This document shows, in pieces, positions 47,132 to 56,977 of a DNA stretch of 64,000 nt. Made by a program: the position numbers and the translations under genes. A model generated the notes under the pieces. It did not search any database, was not told the origin of the DNA, and worked only from the letters and a program-made list of their open reading frames with translations. The DNA comes from a virus (Duplodnaviria; Caudoviricetes), in IMG/VR virus record IMGVR_UViG_3300033120_001005, positions 1-64,000 of that record; one strand, 5' to 3'. The stretch's first letter is position 1. Each line of letters begins with the position of its first letter.

Positions 47132-48693
47132 TGGTAGAAGTAAAAAAAACCAGAACAACAAAAAAAGACCAGTTAAATGAACGTCTTTTAGAAGTTATTC
47201 ATCAAGGTAAAATTCCACCTCAAACTATAGAAATGGAAAAAATTGTTCTTGGAATGATATTGTTACAAGAAGATTCAATTTATAAAGTTTCTCCTTTGCT
47301 TACAAGTGAAATGTTTTACAAACCAGAACATCAGAATATATATAAAGCAATTTCTAATCTTTATCGTTTAAAAAACCCAATTGATATAATTACTGTTTCT
47401 CATGAGTTAAAAAAATTAGGTCTTTTAGAAGAAACTGGTGGTGCATATTATGTAACAAGTTTAACTACTAATTTAGCAACAAGTAGAAATACTGAATATT
47501 ATGCTCTTGTTATTCGAGAAAAATGGATTTGTAGGGAAGTTATATCTAAACTTTTTGTAAATGCAAATTTGGCATATGAAGATGATACAGATGTTTTTGA
47601 TTTAATTGCTAGTACTAAAACGTTTCTTACGCATTTAGAACAAGACATAAACACAACATCATCATCTATTAAAGAATACTCAGCCAATGTTCTTAAAGTT
47701 GTTGAAGAAAACAAAAAGCCAACAATAGGCCATGGTACAGGTTTAATATTGTTAGATTATAGAACTGGTGGTTTTCAAAACACAGATTTAATTGTAATTG
47801 CTGGTAGGCCCGGAAGAGGTAAAACAATTTTATTGATTCATGGTGTAAGAGAGTGTTACATTAAAAAAGTTCCTAGTGCTATTTATACCTATGAAATGTC
47901 AGGCGAACAATTAGTTCATAGATTAATATCAAGTCACCTTAAAATTGATAACAATGCATTACGAGCCAACAAACTATCAGAAGAAGAAAAAGGATTAATT
48001 AAAATATTTCATGAGGATATATATGACAAAATTTTGATTAACGACAAAAACCCTAATTTATATGAATTATTAAATTCCATGGAAAGGGACGTTATAGAAA
48101 AAGGTGTTCAGATTTTCTTTATTGATTATTTACAATTAATTCCTACTCCAAAGGATTTAGAAAGAAAAACCAGAAATGATTACATTGGAATAGTATCATT
48201 TGCTTTAAAAACATTTGCAAAAAAACATAATGTTCCAATAGTAGCTTTAGCTCAGTTATCACGAGAAAGTGAAAAAAGAACTAAAGATGATGGTTTTACT
48301 GATTATATTATGTCAGATTTACGAGAATCAGGTTCGCTTGAACAAGATGCAGATATGGTTTTGTTTGTTGATTATAGTGAAAAAACTGGTAAATCACGCG
48401 TTCAGTTTGGCAAATTTAGACATGGCGCCCTTGCAAAAGTTTCTTTAAAATTTGAAGGTAAATACGTAAGGTTTCTAAATGATGAAGACGATTCTACTAC
48501 CCGTAAAGCTATGGCACATTATGAGCAATTTGGAGAAATCAGTGTAACTTTTGAAGAAGATTTAAAAGCAACAACAGCAGCAAAACCAACAGAAACAACA
48601 ACACTTACAATAGAAAGTGTTCCTTATTTTTATCGTGACCCTACAGAAGCAGGTCAAGATGATGTATTACCTGATACTGAATCACCATTTTAA
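47131..48693 (+). CDS. dnaB: Replicative DNA helicase DnaB
   Basis: IPPQTIEMEKIVLG, Walker A AGRPGRGKT, FIDYLQL, LAQLSRESE, LRESGSLEQDAD. Confidence 0.95.
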   Translation: MVEVKKTRTTKKDQLNERLLEVIHQGKIPPQTIEMEKIVLGMILLQEDSIYKVSPLLTSEMFYKPEHQNIYKAISNLYRLKNPIDIITVSHELKKLGLLEETGGAYYVTSLTTNLATSRNTEYYALVIREKWICREVISKLFVNANLAYEDDTDVFDLIASTKTFLTHLEQDINTTSSSIKEYSANVLKVVEENKKPTIGHGTGLILLDYRTGGFQNTDLIVIAGRPGRGKTILLIHGVRECYIKKVPSAIYTYEMSGEQLVHRLISSHLKIDNNALRANKLSEEEKGLIKIFHEDIYDKILINDKNPNLYELLNSMERDVIEKGVQIFFIDYLQLIPTPKDLERKTRNDYIGIVSFALKTFAKKHNVPIVALAQLSRESEKRTKDDGFTDYIMSDLRESGSLEQDADMVLFVDYSEKTGKSRVQFGKFRHGALAKVSLKFEGKYVRFLNDEDDSTTRKAMAHYEQFGEISVTFEEDLKATTAAKPTETTTLTIESVPYFYRDPTEAGQDDVLPDTESPF

Positions 48694-49001
48694 TGAAACT
48701 AGAACTTAAAAAAATTCAAGATCACCCGTTTTTTAAAAATCCGGGTGAAAAATATTGGTATTTATTAGGCGAGAAAATTTGTTACAATCGTTTAAAAACC
48801 ATAAAATTGTATAATAAACATTATGAACCTGAGAGTACTGAGGACAACGTTGAAAAAATAAAAACATTCTTTGCGTATGTCATGTATAATAAAGACAAAC
48901 CATTGAAGCTTTTTGATTCAAAAGAAAATCTACTTGACGATTTAAATAAATATAATCATGTTAACAAACGGGACACACAAGAAAACAGTAGCTCAAATTG
49001 A
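48693..49001 (+). CDS. Hypothetical protein
   Basis: TAATG coupling to dnaB. Confidence 0.55.
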   Translation: MKLELKKIQDHPFFKNPGEKYWYLLGEKICYNRLKTIKLYNKHYEPESTEDNVEKIKTFFAYVMYNKDKPLKLFDSKENLLDDLNKYNHVNKRDTQENSSSN

Positions 49002-49422
49002 GCACTCAAAAAGCAAGTACAAAGGAAGAGACGGTGACATTTATGTACATAAAGTTACTTTTACCGATGGAACTTATGGTGAAAACCATACTAAATCAGA
49101 ACAATGTAAAGATTTTGTTGCTAATCAAGAAGTTGAATTTATCTGCGAAGTCAAAGTAAATGGCAATTACACCAATTACAAAATTAAAGTTGAAAAAGAC
49201 AAAAAAGGTAATTTTGGTGGTGGTAGTAGTGGCAGAACATTTACACCTAGTAATGATGGTAAATACATGGCAGCTGCAAAATGTATTGAGTTATCAATTT
49301 TAGCCGTTGAAAAAGGAGTAATTAAAGACAATCAAATTAGTGAAACAACAACAAAGTTTTATAAACTTATTTCCGGGCTTGTTGAAGGACAAACCCCTAC
49401 TACAACAGAACAAACCCAATAA
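48958..49422 (+). CDS. Possible OB-fold ssDNA-binding/annealing protein
   Basis: Beta-rich N-terminus followed by a GNFGGGSSG linker and a helical domain. Confidence 0.4.
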   Translation: MLTNGTHKKTVAQIEHSKSKYKGRDGDIYVHKVTFTDGTYGENHTKSEQCKDFVANQEVEFICEVKVNGNYTNYKIKVEKDKKGNFGGGSSGRTFTPSNDGKYMAAAKCIELSILAVEKGVIKDNQISETTTKFYKLISGLVEGQTPTTTEQTQ

Positions 49423-49616
49423 GGTAAGTATCATCTTTCCTTATCCAATTATTATTTTCAATTACTTTGAAGAAATATTGTTGCTTAAAAAATGTAAAAC
49501 CCTTCTTAATGAAGGGGTTTATTTTTTTGGCTATAATTTAGAAGAATTGGATTACAGTGTATTTGCTGAGTTTCAAAATTATCCTAGAATTGTATATAAA
49601 ATAGAAATAGAAAGTA

Positions 49617-50072
49617 ATGAAATGGACTCAAAAATCATTAAATAATTTAGGATTTGAATTAAATGATGGTATAGCAAAAAAAACAAATAAAAAATCAGTA
49701 CAAAAAAAACCTTCACAAAAAAAAATTAATAAAGTTATTGGCAATCTTCAGGAAAAAGCAAAAGACAAATTACAGCTTGATCCAAAAGATTTTATTGAAT
49801 TAGCCCTTAAAAACTCAAAATGGTATTGGGTAAAAGAATATCAATTTGATACTGAACGTAAGTTTAGGTTTGATTGGGCTATTCCTGAACTTAAATTCTA
49901 TTTTGAATACGATGGTTTAGTATCAGAAAAAAGTGGCCATACTACTTTAGTAGGCTATACAAAAGACACAGAAAAAAGATCGCTGGCAACCGATTTAGGT
50001 TGGAATGGAAAACATTACACTATTCTTAACTACAAAAACATTATTGCCGACCTTAACAAACTAAATAAATAA
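49617..50072 (+). CDS. DUF559/Vsr-like endonuclease
   Basis: KEYQFDTERKFRFDWA...FEYDG...GHT...YTKDTEK...LGW. Confidence 0.75.
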   Translation: MKWTQKSLNNLGFELNDGIAKKTNKKSVQKKPSQKKINKVIGNLQEKAKDKLQLDPKDFIELALKNSKWYWVKEYQFDTERKFRFDWAIPELKFYFEYDGLVSEKSGHTTLVGYTKDTEKRSLATDLGWNGKHYTILNYKNIIADLNKLNK

Positions 50073-50074
50073 TT

Positions 50075-50587
50075 ATGCAAAACTTCATTTTAGCACTTAA
50101 AGACGTATTAGATGTTTCAGATTTAAAATTAGTTATTGCCTTAGATGGCAATAACGTAACAATTCAAATTTCTCCAAAAGCAAAAGAAGGAAATACTGAT
50201 TTTCCATCATTAAACTTTGCTGGCCATATCAATACTATTGATGATAAATTTGGTGAACAATTAGCATCTAAGCTTAAAAAGAACCTTCCACTAATTAGCA
50301 ATATTAATGTTTACGATAAAAACCTTGCTAAATTAGAAGAAAGTAAAAAAATTGAAGTTACTAAAAAAGCAACTGAAAAAAAGCCGGAAACTAAAAAACC
50401 AACAGTTGCCAAAAAAGAAACATCAGGTTTAGAACTAAAACCTGAAGAATTAGGTAAAGAAAATGATGATGATGATGAAAATAACAGTCATGCTGAACAA
50501 CAAAATACAGTTGCTAATTTAACAGAAGAAAAACCTGAACCAAAAACAGAAGAAACAACAGCACCAGCACAAGAAAAATTATTTTAA
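50075..50587 (+). CDS. PRTRC system protein E-like
   Basis: Pattern of LKLVIALDGNNVTIQISP...PSLNFAGHINTIDDKF followed by a charged low-complexity tail; directly upstream of the Ubl. Confidence 0.75.
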   Translation: MQNFILALKDVLDVSDLKLVIALDGNNVTIQISPKAKEGNTDFPSLNFAGHINTIDDKFGEQLASKLKKNLPLISNINVYDKNLAKLEESKKIEVTKKATEKKPETKKPTVAKKETSGLELKPEELGKENDDDDENNSHAEQQNTVANLTEEKPEPKTEETTAPAQEKLF

Positions 50588-50595
50588 TTAGCAAT

Positions 50596-50799
50596 ATGGA
50601 ATTTACATTAATAAGAAGAATATTTGAATTTGAAGGTCAAGAATATAGTGACCCAAACCCTAATATGAGTATTGATAGAGCTAAAGCATTTTTAGCAAAT
50701 GAAAAACCTGCTATTATAAATGCCACTGTTCTTTCTGATACTACACAAGGTAACAAAAGGATAATTAAATTAGGTAAAAATGCCGGAACGCATGGATAA
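50596..50799 (+). CDS. PRTRC system protein C, ubiquitin-like protein
   Basis: RIFEFEGQEYSDPNPNMS...PAIINATV...GKNAGTHG-stop matches the family's R.F...DP.P..S...P.L.TA.V...GTKG pattern; C-terminal Gly. Confidence 0.85.
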   Translation: MEFTLIRRIFEFEGQEYSDPNPNMSIDRAKAFLANEKPAIINATVLSDTTQGNKRIIKLGKNAGTHG

Positions 50800-50995
50800 C
50801 CAAACAAAAATTATTTCCGTACTTCAATTAAGTTTGAAGTACGGAAATAAAACTGAGAAAGAAATAAAATCAGAACAAGAAAATCAGAACAACGAAGAGT
50901 ATAAAGAACAGTATAAAGAAATTAAATTTATAGTTCTACCATGGAATATGACTGGAAAACCATTAGAAGCAAAATTCAAAAATCCGGTATATTAA
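50792..50995 (+). CDS. Small protein of the PRTRC-like operon
   Basis: ATG at 50792 overlaps the Ubl stop region. Confidence 0.5.
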   Translation: MDNQTKIISVLQLSLKYGNKTEKEIKSEQENQNNEEYKEQYKEIKFIVLPWNMTGKPLEAKFKNPVY

Positions 50996-51894
50996 CTGAA
51001 GTAAAAGTTGTACCTCAATTATATGACAATCATACAGGACTTAGTGAACTGGCTTGTTATATGATTTGGATATCTGAATATAAAAATTATACTTTTAAAG
51101 GTAATTCACTTAAAGAATATGTTCAAGAAGTAACACAACAATTACAAGAAGATGATGAAAACCTTGATTATTTCTTTCAAAATAATCAACTTACTGTAAT
51201 TCACGAATACATTGAAAGCCCTAAACAGTATATCAATTTATTGGCACTTTACAAATTCTTTGATTACAATCTTGATGCTACAAGTTATTTTTGTTATTAT
51301 TTAGAAACTAAAGGTATTGGTTTTATTCATGAGGTTAATGATATGTTTCCATTTGAATCATTTTGTGAAATGGAAATGTCAGAAGAAAACTCGATACTTA
51401 ATGATTATTTTTCTGAAAATTTTCCTCAAATAGCTAAAATTAAATTTGAAAAATATAACGATGGAACTGCTTTTGCTACTGGTTGGGATTTTGTTTGTAC
51501 AAAAAAACCAAAAAATTTAACTGCTCCTCAAAAAGATTTAATTAAACGTTGGGAAAAATTATTTAAAAACTTTCATTTAGGAGATTGTATAATTAATCCA
51601 AATGCTTTTGAAGAAGACTGTTTAATACCAACTGCATATTTACGAGTTGGTATTGGCAATGAACCAGATTTTTATCAACATAACTACAATTATGATGTTT
51701 CAGATTTTGTTATTGAATCTATAATTACACTTAATACGGATAATTTATCAAAAGAATTTAATTCCTATAATTATGACGGGCATGACGGGCTATATTTTAG
51801 AGTTATTTTAGATAAAAAAAAACAAGAAAAAATAAAACAATCTATTTTTGAATTTAATAACCTATATAACGAATTATGCAATTTGACGGTTTAG
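50941..51894 (+). CDS. Acidic protein in the PRTRC-like operon (protein F position)
   Basis: Position between the Ubl and E2 genes; no recognisable catalytic motif. Confidence 0.45.
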   Translation: MEYDWKTIRSKIQKSGILTEVKVVPQLYDNHTGLSELACYMIWISEYKNYTFKGNSLKEYVQEVTQQLQEDDENLDYFFQNNQLTVIHEYIESPKQYINLLALYKFFDYNLDATSYFCYYLETKGIGFIHEVNDMFPFESFCEMEMSEENSILNDYFSENFPQIAKIKFEKYNDGTAFATGWDFVCTKKPKNLTAPQKDLIKRWEKLFKNFHLGDCIINPNAFEEDCLIPTAYLRVGIGNEPDFYQHNYNYDVSDFVIESIITLNTDNLSKEFNSYNYDGHDGLYFRVILDKKKQEKIKQSIFEFNNLYNELCNLTV

Positions 51895-52460
51895 TTACTC
51901 CAAAACACGTTTTGGTTTATTACGATGATAAATACAGCGAATACGCTAACGTAGAAAACGGTGAGATAGGTGCATTTAAACCTATAACAAAAGATTTTTT
52001 ACAAAAAATATCAATTCAAACAAAAATTGGTGAAACATTATGCGGTGTAACTCCTAAAAATTTAGTTGGTTACATTCCTATTATCAATAGTTATAGAATT
52101 GTATTTACAACACCAGAACAAACAAAAACCATTTATCATACATCAGGAGAATTAAAAATTAATTTTCCAAAGATGATTTGGTTTTACGATAAGAATAAAG
52201 ATCATTTAGAAATATTTAAATACGATACATTGGCTAAAAATGCCATAATGATTCCTATTAATTTTTCAAATGTTAATAGTGGAACTGTTTGTATTGGTAC
52301 GTGTCCAAGGCCAAAAAGTCAAACATTTAAAGAAGTAATCAAAGAAACTCAAGAAATGTTTTTTGATGGAAAATTTAACCATGATCAGATAAAAATTACT
52401 TATTCAAAATCAAAAGAAAATTTATGGAAAACAGTTTTGAAATTCACAAATACTTATTAA
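51876..52460 (+). CDS. PRTRC system protein B, prokaryotic E2-like (family D)
   Basis: GAFKPIT, PKNL, FPKMIWF, and NFSNVNSGTVCIG (putative catalytic Cys in the N..G.VC.G motif). Confidence 0.8.
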   Translation: MQFDGLVTPKHVLVYYDDKYSEYANVENGEIGAFKPITKDFLQKISIQTKIGETLCGVTPKNLVGYIPIINSYRIVFTTPEQTKTIYHTSGELKINFPKMIWFYDKNKDHLEIFKYDTLAKNAIMIPINFSNVNSGTVCIGTCPRPKSQTFKEVIKETQEMFFDGKFNHDQIKITYSKSKENLWKTVLKFTNTY

Positions 52461-53152
52461 ATCCCGGACACCCAATTACTATTAATGTAGTTGGAGCTGG
52501 CGGCACTGGTGGTTATGTTGTAGGCGATTTAGCAGCATTGCATTTGTATTTAATTAACACTGGCCGTCCTGGATTAATGGTTACAGTTTATGACCCTGAC
52601 AATGTAACTGAATCAAATGTTGGAAGACAAAATTTTAATTTTTCTGATATAGGAGAAAACAAAGCTATTTGTTTAGTCGAAAAATACAACCGATACTATT
52701 CTTTAAATTGGGAAGCAAAAGCTAAATATTATGACCTAAATTTTGCAAATATTACCATTGTATGTTCTGACACAGTAAAATCAAGATGCGAAATTGCTAC
52801 TCATTTTAAAGAATCACCAAAATTTTACAATCGTTTATATAGTGATAGTATCAGACCTTATTTATTAATTGATTGTGGCAATGGTTACGATTTTGGTCAA
52901 GTCATTGTTACTAGATTTAAAACTGAAGATAAAACTTTTATTGATCATTTTCCTAATTTACCTGAGCCAAAAGAAACACACAGTTGTTCAATGGCAGAAA
53001 GTTTATTGAAACAAAATTTGTTTATCAATAAATTCATTGCAAATTTGGCTATAAATTGGCTTTACACAGGAATTAGGGAAACACAGCAAACTAATTTAGG
53101 TTATTTTTTTAATTTTAACGGAATTATACCATTACAATATGAAAAAGTTTAA
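52424..53152 (+). CDS. PRTRC system ThiF-family E1-like enzyme
   Basis: HKYLLNPGHPITINVVGAGGTGG, DPDNVTESNVGRQ, IDCGN, SCSMAESLLKQNLFIN (putative catalytic Cys). Confidence 0.92.
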   Translation: MENSFEIHKYLLNPGHPITINVVGAGGTGGYVVGDLAALHLYLINTGRPGLMVTVYDPDNVTESNVGRQNFNFSDIGENKAICLVEKYNRYYSLNWEAKAKYYDLNFANITIVCSDTVKSRCEIATHFKESPKFYNRLYSDSIRPYLLIDCGNGYDFGQVIVTRFKTEDKTFIDHFPNLPEPKETHSCSMAESLLKQNLFINKFIANLAINWLYTGIRETQQTNLGYFFNFNGIIPLQYEKV

Positions 53153-53360
53153 ATATGCTGGTATGAATATGCTTCCATTTACAATGGAAAATGATGTTAA
53201 TGTTATGTATTTTGGTGTTCAAACAATGAAACAATGGGATCATTTTTGGTGGAATGAATGGAATAAATTAAATACGGAACTTAAGACTAAAAAACCCAAC
53301 ACAACTTGCATGGTTTCTAAACGAGGTCCTAACAGAATAAAACCTAAAAAAAGAAAATAA
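53139..53360 (+). CDS. Hypothetical protein
   Basis: Coupled ORF. Confidence 0.55.
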   Translation: MKKFKYAGMNMLPFTMENDVNVMYFGVQTMKQWDHFWWNEWNKLNTELKTKKPNTTCMVSKRGPNRIKPKKRK

Positions 53361-53932
53361 TGTTTCTTACAACTGAAGAATTAAAGCTTTTTTACGATGC
53401 TTCTAACAAAGGAATATCGTTTGATGAAGCATTGCTATTGTTAGCACCTGAAGAATCAAAAAAATCATTTTTGCAGGTCCAGGAATATGCTGTTTTTTAC
53501 ATGGAAAAAAGAAACGATGAAGCAATTCTTATTAACATGAATAATAATGCCGAATTGTTAAATAAAATTTTTTCATTAATGAACCATATTAAACAAACTT
53601 ACGCTTCAACTTTAGAAGCTATTGAAAGCTGTAATGGAAATGTTTTATTTGCTGACATAAAAAATGATGCTGTAACAGGATATTTTGATAACAATTACCC
53701 TAATCCATTTAATGAGGAATTTAATGTAAAAAAAGATTATCGAATTAACTATTCAATGAATGTTTATCATGGCATTAAAGTAGCTGTTGATGCAGACAAT
53801 GAAACTGCATATTTTATGGCAGAAATTGAAGGACAAATTTTACAAACTAAACAATTTAATATTTCAAAACTTTATGAACAATCAAGAGAACTTAAGGCCT
53901 ATCGTGCCAAAGGAGACACGACTTCAAATTAA
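53360..53932 (+). CDS. Hypothetical protein
   Basis: TAATG coupling. Confidence 0.6.
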   Translation: MFLTTEELKLFYDASNKGISFDEALLLLAPEESKKSFLQVQEYAVFYMEKRNDEAILINMNNNAELLNKIFSLMNHIKQTYASTLEAIESCNGNVLFADIKNDAVTGYFDNNYPNPFNEEFNVKKDYRINYSMNVYHGIKVAVDADNETAYFMAEIEGQILQTKQFNISKLYEQSRELKAYRAKGDTTSN

Positions 53933-56003
53933 AAAATTTGGTGACGAATTAGCTATCAGAACAACCTCACAATTATCAGAAAACAATTATTATAGAATTG
54001 CTTTTTGCCAATGGTTTTTTTCATTAGATGATAATGAATACAACGAAAAAAAACGCTGGTATTTAAGAGCACAAGACAACACTTTGTACACTGGTATTTT
54101 AATGGATAGAGCCGTTAAAGAAGTTCTTACAGGCAAAATTAGCAGTTATTTAAACAATTGGGAAAAGCACGTTAGGAGAATTAATGTTCCAGTGTACATT
54201 AATAACAGAATAGTTTATAAAGATTGGGACAAAGAATTTGAAACAGAAGTTTTAAACCCTATTGAAGACCCTTTTAAAAGTGTACCCGCTGCTGGTTTTG
54301 ACCTTGAGCATTTAAAATATTTAGCTGATGAAATGGCTATTATTAAAAAAGATATTGAAGAATTTAGATCAAAACGTGTTTGGAATCAAATATTTTTCTA
54401 TAACAATAAATTTTTTCTTTGTTTTCCATATTCTGCTAATATGGTAGTTAATGTAAAAAGCTCATTTACAAGTTACAAATGGCGCTCAGAAGAAAAATGG
54501 TGGGAAATAGATTCTTCAGAAAAAAAAGCTATTCGAGATTTTGCTTTAATGCATAAATTTTCATTTCATAAAAATGCTACTGAATTTCTTTTTGGTAATG
54601 CTGAAAAAATCAATGCTTCTCAAATGGTTGTATCTGATTTTAAAGTTAATGGTTTTAAAATAGAACCATATCCTTATCAAAATGCTGGAATACAATTTGG
54701 CAATAAAGCTAAAAAAATACTTATTGCTGATGAAATGGGACTTGGTAAATCAATTCAATCAATTGGAATTGTGATGTCACATTTGTCTTTTCCTTGTTTA
54801 GTAGTGGCACCAAAATCGTTACTATACAATTGGGAAAATGAATGGAAAAAATTTACTAGCCATAAACCATATGTATTTTATAATTCAAAATATCCTTTAG
54901 ATACCGTTTTGTCTATTGCCAATGTTGTTATTATTAACTATGAAGGAGTAAAAAAACTTTTACCTTTTAAAGATAGATTTAAGTCAATTATTGTAGATGA
55001 AAGTCATAATGTAAAAAACGACAAAACAAAACGTTTTACTGAGGTTTTAGAAATGGCTACTGGCAAAGATGTTAGATGTTTACTTACAGGTACTCCTATA
55101 ATGAATGCACCAGCTGAATTAATACCTCAATTAAAAATTCTTGATATGCTAAAAGATATAAATACTGAAAAAAAATTTAGGGATAGGTATTGTGGCAAAC
55201 ATGGTGGAGATAACCTTGACGAATTAAATATCAAATTACGCAGTTCTGTAATGATTAGGCGCGAAAAAAAAGACGTGCTTACTGATTTACCTGATTTGGT
55301 AAGAAATTATGTTAAAGTTGACATTACCACGCGCGAAGAATACAATAGAGCCGAAAATGACTTTGTAAATTATCTCAAAGAAGTTAAAGAAATGAGTGAC
55401 CGAAAAATTAAAGCTGCTATGAACGCTGAAATTTTGGTTAAAATGGGTATTCTTAAACAAATATCAGCACGAGGTAAAATTGAAGCTATTCTTGAATATT
55501 GTAAAAGTGCTTTTGATGAAAATCAAAAAATTATTCTTTTTGGATATCACCGCGAAGTGCTGCATGAATACACCAAACGTTTAAATTCCAATTTACTTAT
55601 TACTGGAGCCACAAAAATTGAAGATAGACAAAAATATGTTGATATGTTTCAAAACGACCCTAAACAAATGTCAATCTGTTTATCAATTAGGGCTGCATCT
55701 GTTGGTTTAACTTTAACCGCTTCTAGTAATGAAGTGTTTGCAGAATTTGATTGGACATCAGCAATGCATGACCAAGCTGAAGCAAGAGCTCATCGTATTG
55801 GCCAAAAGAACTCAGTTAGTGCTAATTACTTTGTTGGTATTGATACTATTGATTCTGACATTGTAGAATTAATCAATTTCAAAAGAAACATGATTAATGA
55901 AATGACCGGAACAAAACACAATGTTTCTGAAAACAGCACAATTATTAAGGATTTGCTTAAAAAACGTTATAATTTTGAACCTGAAGGAGAAATTCAAGCA
56001 TGA
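53874..56003 (+). CDS. SNF2/HARP-like (SMARCAL1-type) helicase
   Basis: PYPYQNAG, ADEMGLGKS, IVDESH, LLTGTP, QAEARAHRIGQ. ATG at 53874 is preferred (track start 53787). Confidence 0.9.
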   Translation: MNNQENLRPIVPKETRLQIKKFGDELAIRTTSQLSENNYYRIAFCQWFFSLDDNEYNEKKRWYLRAQDNTLYTGILMDRAVKEVLTGKISSYLNNWEKHVRRINVPVYINNRIVYKDWDKEFETEVLNPIEDPFKSVPAAGFDLEHLKYLADEMAIIKKDIEEFRSKRVWNQIFFYNNKFFLCFPYSANMVVNVKSSFTSYKWRSEEKWWEIDSSEKKAIRDFALMHKFSFHKNATEFLFGNAEKINASQMVVSDFKVNGFKIEPYPYQNAGIQFGNKAKKILIADEMGLGKSIQSIGIVMSHLSFPCLVVAPKSLLYNWENEWKKFTSHKPYVFYNSKYPLDTVLSIANVVIINYEGVKKLLPFKDRFKSIIVDESHNVKNDKTKRFTEVLEMATGKDVRCLLTGTPIMNAPAELIPQLKILDMLKDINTEKKFRDRYCGKHGGDNLDELNIKLRSSVMIRREKKDVLTDLPDLVRNYVKVDITTREEYNRAENDFVNYLKEVKEMSDRKIKAAMNAEILVKMGILKQISARGKIEAILEYCKSAFDENQKIILFGYHREVLHEYTKRLNSNLLITGATKIEDRQKYVDMFQNDPKQMSICLSIRAASVGLTLTASSNEVFAEFDWTSAMHDQAEARAHRIGQKNSVSANYFVGIDTIDSDIVELINFKRNMINEMTGTKHNVSENSTIIKDLLKKRYNFEPEGEIQA

Positions 56004-56362
56004 TAAAAAAAGAATGGTTATTAAAAAAATGGAAAGCTATTTGGGCTAAAAAACAAGAAAAAGAAATAGTCAAACCACCAAACACTCAACTAGCAGTGTT
56101 TTTAAAATGTCATTTGGCATTTATTCCAAATACTGTTACAGAAGAAGAATGGGATTTAACTCCTAACAATTCTAAAACGGAAAAAATGGATTTGTTTAAA
56201 GGGCGTGTATTAATTGCAGGAAAACATGATATTATTAAATATTATGAGTGTGAGCCCGGAATAGTAATGATTTGTTCTGTTAATGGATTTACACGAGTAT
56301 CTGAACCAATAAGCAAAATTGATAAAATACTTATTGATTTTGACAAAGCTGTATTAGTATAA
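56000..56362 (+). CDS. Hypothetical protein
   Basis: ATGA coupling. Confidence 0.55.
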   Translation: MIKKEWLLKKWKAIWAKKQEKEIVKPPNTQLAVFLKCHLAFIPNTVTEEEWDLTPNNSKTEKMDLFKGRVLIAGKHDIIKYYECEPGIVMICSVNGFTRVSEPISKIDKILIDFDKAVLV

Positions 56363-56420
56363 CAGTATAATTATAAGAACAACTATCAGAACAATTTTAA
56401 AACTATCAAATTCTATTCTA

Positions 56421-56768
56421 ATGAATAATCAAAAAACATGGACGCCAAGGGTTGCAAGTGAAACCTTTGGCACTGCCATTGTAAAAACAGAAGAAGCTTT
56501 TTTATTTGTTAAAGCAGCTATGGAAAATGGTTCAGACATTGAAACAGCTAATAGAGATATGCACATGATTGATGATTTACTTCACATGGAAAGAATGCAT
56601 TTTTCTTTATTAGGTTTTACTGCCAAAACTAAAAGCGGCCACTACCGTAAAAACCATACAATTTCAAAAATGCTTGAAACAGTTATTGATGGATATGCAA
56701 AAGAAGAAAACCTCTTAAATCAACAAAAAAATGACTATAGTAGATTTATTGTGCCAAAAAGTACTTGA
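56421..56768 (+). CDS. Hypothetical protein
   Basis: Preceded by an ATCAGAACAA motif. Confidence 0.6.
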   Translation: MNNQKTWTPRVASETFGTAIVKTEEAFLFVKAAMENGSDIETANRDMHMIDDLLHMERMHFSLLGFTAKTKSGHYRKNHTISKMLETVIDGYAKEENLLNQQKNDYSRFIVPKST

Positions 56769-56976
56769 GTTTTTACAAAAATCTCATGAAAAAAAACCAG
56801 AAATTATGATTATACACCCTGAAACATGGGTTGATATTACAAGAGAGTATGCTTTACATAGGGCTAGCGCAGAAACAATTGAAAGTTTAATGAAAATGGA
56901 AATTAGGATATATAATACTAAGCTTCAAGCGTACCGCAGTTACGATGTAAAAGAAAAAGAAATAATTGTAATGTAA
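56731..56976 (+). CDS. Hypothetical protein
   Basis: Coupled ORF. Confidence 0.55.
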   Translation: MTIVDLLCQKVLEFLQKSHEKKPEIMIIHPETWVDITREYALHRASAETIESLMKMEIRIYNTKLQAYRSYDVKEKEIIVM

Positions 56977-56977
56977 T

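Noticed and set aside
27166-47714. Minus-strand and alternate-frame short ORFs within the plus arm (for example 27166, 31363, 34607, 37504, 37897, 43645, 45648, 46351, 47499)
   Set aside because: Nested within better-supported genes, or crossing the attC-like elements; treated as shadows.
49340-49645. 101-aa ORF between the OB-like gene and the endonuclease
   Set aside because: GTG start deep inside the upstream gene and no clear initiation site. It may be real with a different start, but I cannot support it, so it is not listed as a feature.
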